Shown here in pieces: positions 61,416 through 64,000 of a stretch of 64,000 nt of DNA. The stretch comes from Haliotis rufescens. Lineage: Eukaryota. Position numbers and translations under genes: made by a program. Location of the stretch: NCBI RefSeq assembly GCF_023055435.1, contig NW_025964301.1, positions 2,852,001 to 2,916,000 on the forward strand. Reading direction: 5' to 3'. Every line of letters begins with the position of its first letter. Positions within the stretch are counted from its first letter, which is position 1. Below the pieces are notes generated by a model, which made no database searches, was not told the origin of the DNA, and saw only the letters and a list, made by a program, of their open reading frames with translations.

Positions 61416-64000
61416 CTGGGGAGAAGACACATCGTTCGTATCAGGTGAATGCGTTTCCGCATACACAAACATCTGTACTAAATGTCATATTAGTGAGTGA
61501 ATTGGGTTTAACACCGTTAGTAGACCAGTCATATCACGGCGTGTCAGCTTAATGTGGGATGAAAGTATTGTTTCCGTGAATATTAAGGATAATACTGTAT
61601 GGGTTAAAGTATAACATGTCGGTAAATCAGAAAAATATATATATTAAAACGAAAGTCAACCTGCCATACTTGGACAATTGAAGGACAACATTTAGTATCA
61701 GATAGACTGACTTCAGCAGGGGTGTGTTAATTGCTTTTGAATGTGAAGTCGGAACATACTACAAATTCCGATTAATGGGAACATATGCTTTGTCATGAAA
61801 TGAGTCAGTGAGTGATTTGGGTTTTATTACGCTTTTAACAGTATTCTAGTTGTGGGAGGAAAGCCCGAAGGGATGTATGTAGCGTACACAAGGGACGCAA
61901 CTCTGCAAAGGCGTCTTAGACGACTGCCAGCTGTTCATTTTGTTTCGCATGCGAGACACTAATCTACCCTTTCCAGATACATTGGTTTCCACAACATGTT
62001 TTATCATATGGAAATCGTACATTTCCAAGTGCGATTTGTAAGGAAATATTCTACCGACATAAAATAAGGGAACTGATGAAATGATAATGAAGGTGTAATG
62101 ACGATAAATGTAATGAATATCAATCTCTGTTGTCTTTACCATGTCGGGCGACCTATACACGATACCCCGCCATTCCGCTACCACAAGAGCTGCCCCCAGC
62201 TGGGATGCATCATACCAAAAGACGTTAAAAGATGGTACTTGTTGTTATCCTGGCTTGTGCTGTGCATTATGGGGCTAAAACAAGGAATGGTCAGCTCGGG
62301 TCCAGTATACTGCGTCTGAGTGGGGTATTCGTGTTAAACTGTGGCATGGTATCTCAGTTGGCTAGAACAATAAAACCGTCCGGAGTAGTACAATCGGCCA
62401 CACACACACACACACACATGCATGCATGTCGATAAATAGGTGCATTAAACTTAAACGTTAAACCCCATCTCACATAACCTCACCTCAGGATTTCAGCAAG
62501 GAAATGGCAGTTTTCTCTGAGGTAAGCCAACCTGGAAACGGGTAGCCCTAACAATCCTGGAACTGGCCGTCTCTCTGATGCACCCACGCCAACCACTCAA
62601 TCTGAGGTACATTGTACGGATGTGTCCAATCGGAGTTCTAGGACAAAGCCCACTACTGAGGGGATTGCCCCTCGGGTCCTCCAAAGAGCTCAGATGAATA
62701 TCCAGCAGAGATATGCTCTAATCCCTAGGTATGGAGAACGGTTGGGGGCAGGCCAAACAACATCAGCCAATTCATAGTAACTCTGCCCAGGGGTTTGGTA
62801 AACATGTAAACCCATCCATCCAGGAGACCTTTGCATCAAGGTCTCTGTATTTGTCATTAGAAAAAGTGGTTAAAGCGTTCGATTCCAGACATGGGTACAG
62901 TGTGTGAAGCCCACTTCTTGTGTCCCCCACCGTGGTATTGCTGGAATATTGCTAAAAGCGGCATAAAATCAAACGCACTCATCAGAAAAGGGTCACAGCC
63001 TCGTGTCTGGAGATGAACTGCTGGAGGATAATAAAATCTCTAGCATTGGGTCTGTTGTGGAGAACCTTCTGTTGTCCAGATGGAATCCAGATCCTACGAT
63101 AATGGCAACACCATGTCGCTCACATACCCATAGGCACCAATAGAATGATAATACCAAAGAGGATTATCCTTGGAATGTCGAAGATGATGGTCGTGCCTCT
63201 AATGCCTGTCAATGCGCTAGTGGGTCTCTGGGGTACAAAGACTATTATGGACGAAGCCTTATGGATCAGTGCTCTATCAAACACAGGTGGATTATACACA
63301 TCATGTCTGCATTTCGGACAATTTTGGGGGATTTCAACCGTTGCGTGAGCAAATCGTTTATCTTAATGAGGATCCAAAAAGCACAGGCGAATGATTTGCA
63401 ATACTCCCAGCAATAGAATGAGGATATGCTGGACAGCTATGTTACTGTCTCATGGGTGAAGCAGCTGACTTCTTCCCCTTGTTTCTAGAGAAGGATGAGT
63501 ACATCAGCTTCCATGAAAATATCAAGAAACGCGAAAGGCGGTTTGGAAGATGATTTACTGCAGTTTTTCATCAGGCCTCGGACGAGTCACTGGAAGAATG
63601 GTTGGAGAGGGTATGGCAAGGAGAAATTGCAGCCTTTACGGATTTGCCAGGAGACTTTATGAAGCAACGGGTTGGTGCGGAGATTCTGCCAAGGAAGTGC
63701 TAATTAAGAAGGTTCCCGCTATGTCTTCAACGTAGGTCTGAGGACTCTGGGACACGCTATTGATTCACAAGCAGTCTATGGCAGATCAACCATCCAAAGG
63801 GACGTGAAGCAGTTGCAGAAAGACTCTTCAAGGGACAGATAACCAATTAACATACAATGTTATCAAACAGATCTGGTTGGTCAGCAGAAGAGAAGAAGAC
63901 TCAATGGACTGTAGTTTGTATTAAGGTTCTTTAGGGCTTCAGACTATTGACCTTTTGAAAAAACTAACAATTGTAGTAAAAGATTGTGCGTTGTGGACAT

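Larger units (their letters stand above)
56250..64000. repeat. Tandem unit holding TRIM copy 4 (cut by the window end); period about 13.7 kb
   Basis: Exon 2 offset 60784-47121 = 13663; flanks collinear. Confidence 0.9.

Overview
Eukaryotic, repeat-rich, gapped animal genomic DNA. The SINE repertoire and (GAGT)n tails suggest a gastropod mollusc such as abalone (inference). The window is a minus-strand tandem array of a two-coding-exon TRIM gene. Exon 1 encodes RING, two B-boxes and a coiled coil; exon 2 encodes a divergent PRY/SPRY (B30.2)-like domain; they join through a conserved phase-1 GT-AG intron that the ORF track does not show. Order left to right: copy 1 (exon 1 only in window, RING C20S), copy 2 (complete, about 611 aa), an older decayed pseudogene (34.3-37.6 kb), copy 3 (complete, about 594 aa) and copy 4 (exon 2 only in window). 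Repeat periods are about 18 kb and 13.7 kb. By hand alignment the RBCC part is about 95% identical between copies 2 and 3, but the SPRY-like exon is only about 81% identical, with changes concentrated in four short patches. This resembles a diversifying TRIM5/finTRIM-like innate-immune receptor array. The amplified unit also carries scattered exons of a divergent RPLP2-like pseudogene. Other structure: a circularly permuted, inverted 0.9-kb copy (eccDNA-like signature), a 12-bp micro-inversion disrupting the pseudogene splice acceptor, a long fold-back hairpin just 3' of each TRIM gene, four SINE families, LINE and Gypsy remnants, MITEs, a 4.5-kb compound satellite and a 48-bp minisatellite. 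No true tRNA, rRNA or CRISPR was found.
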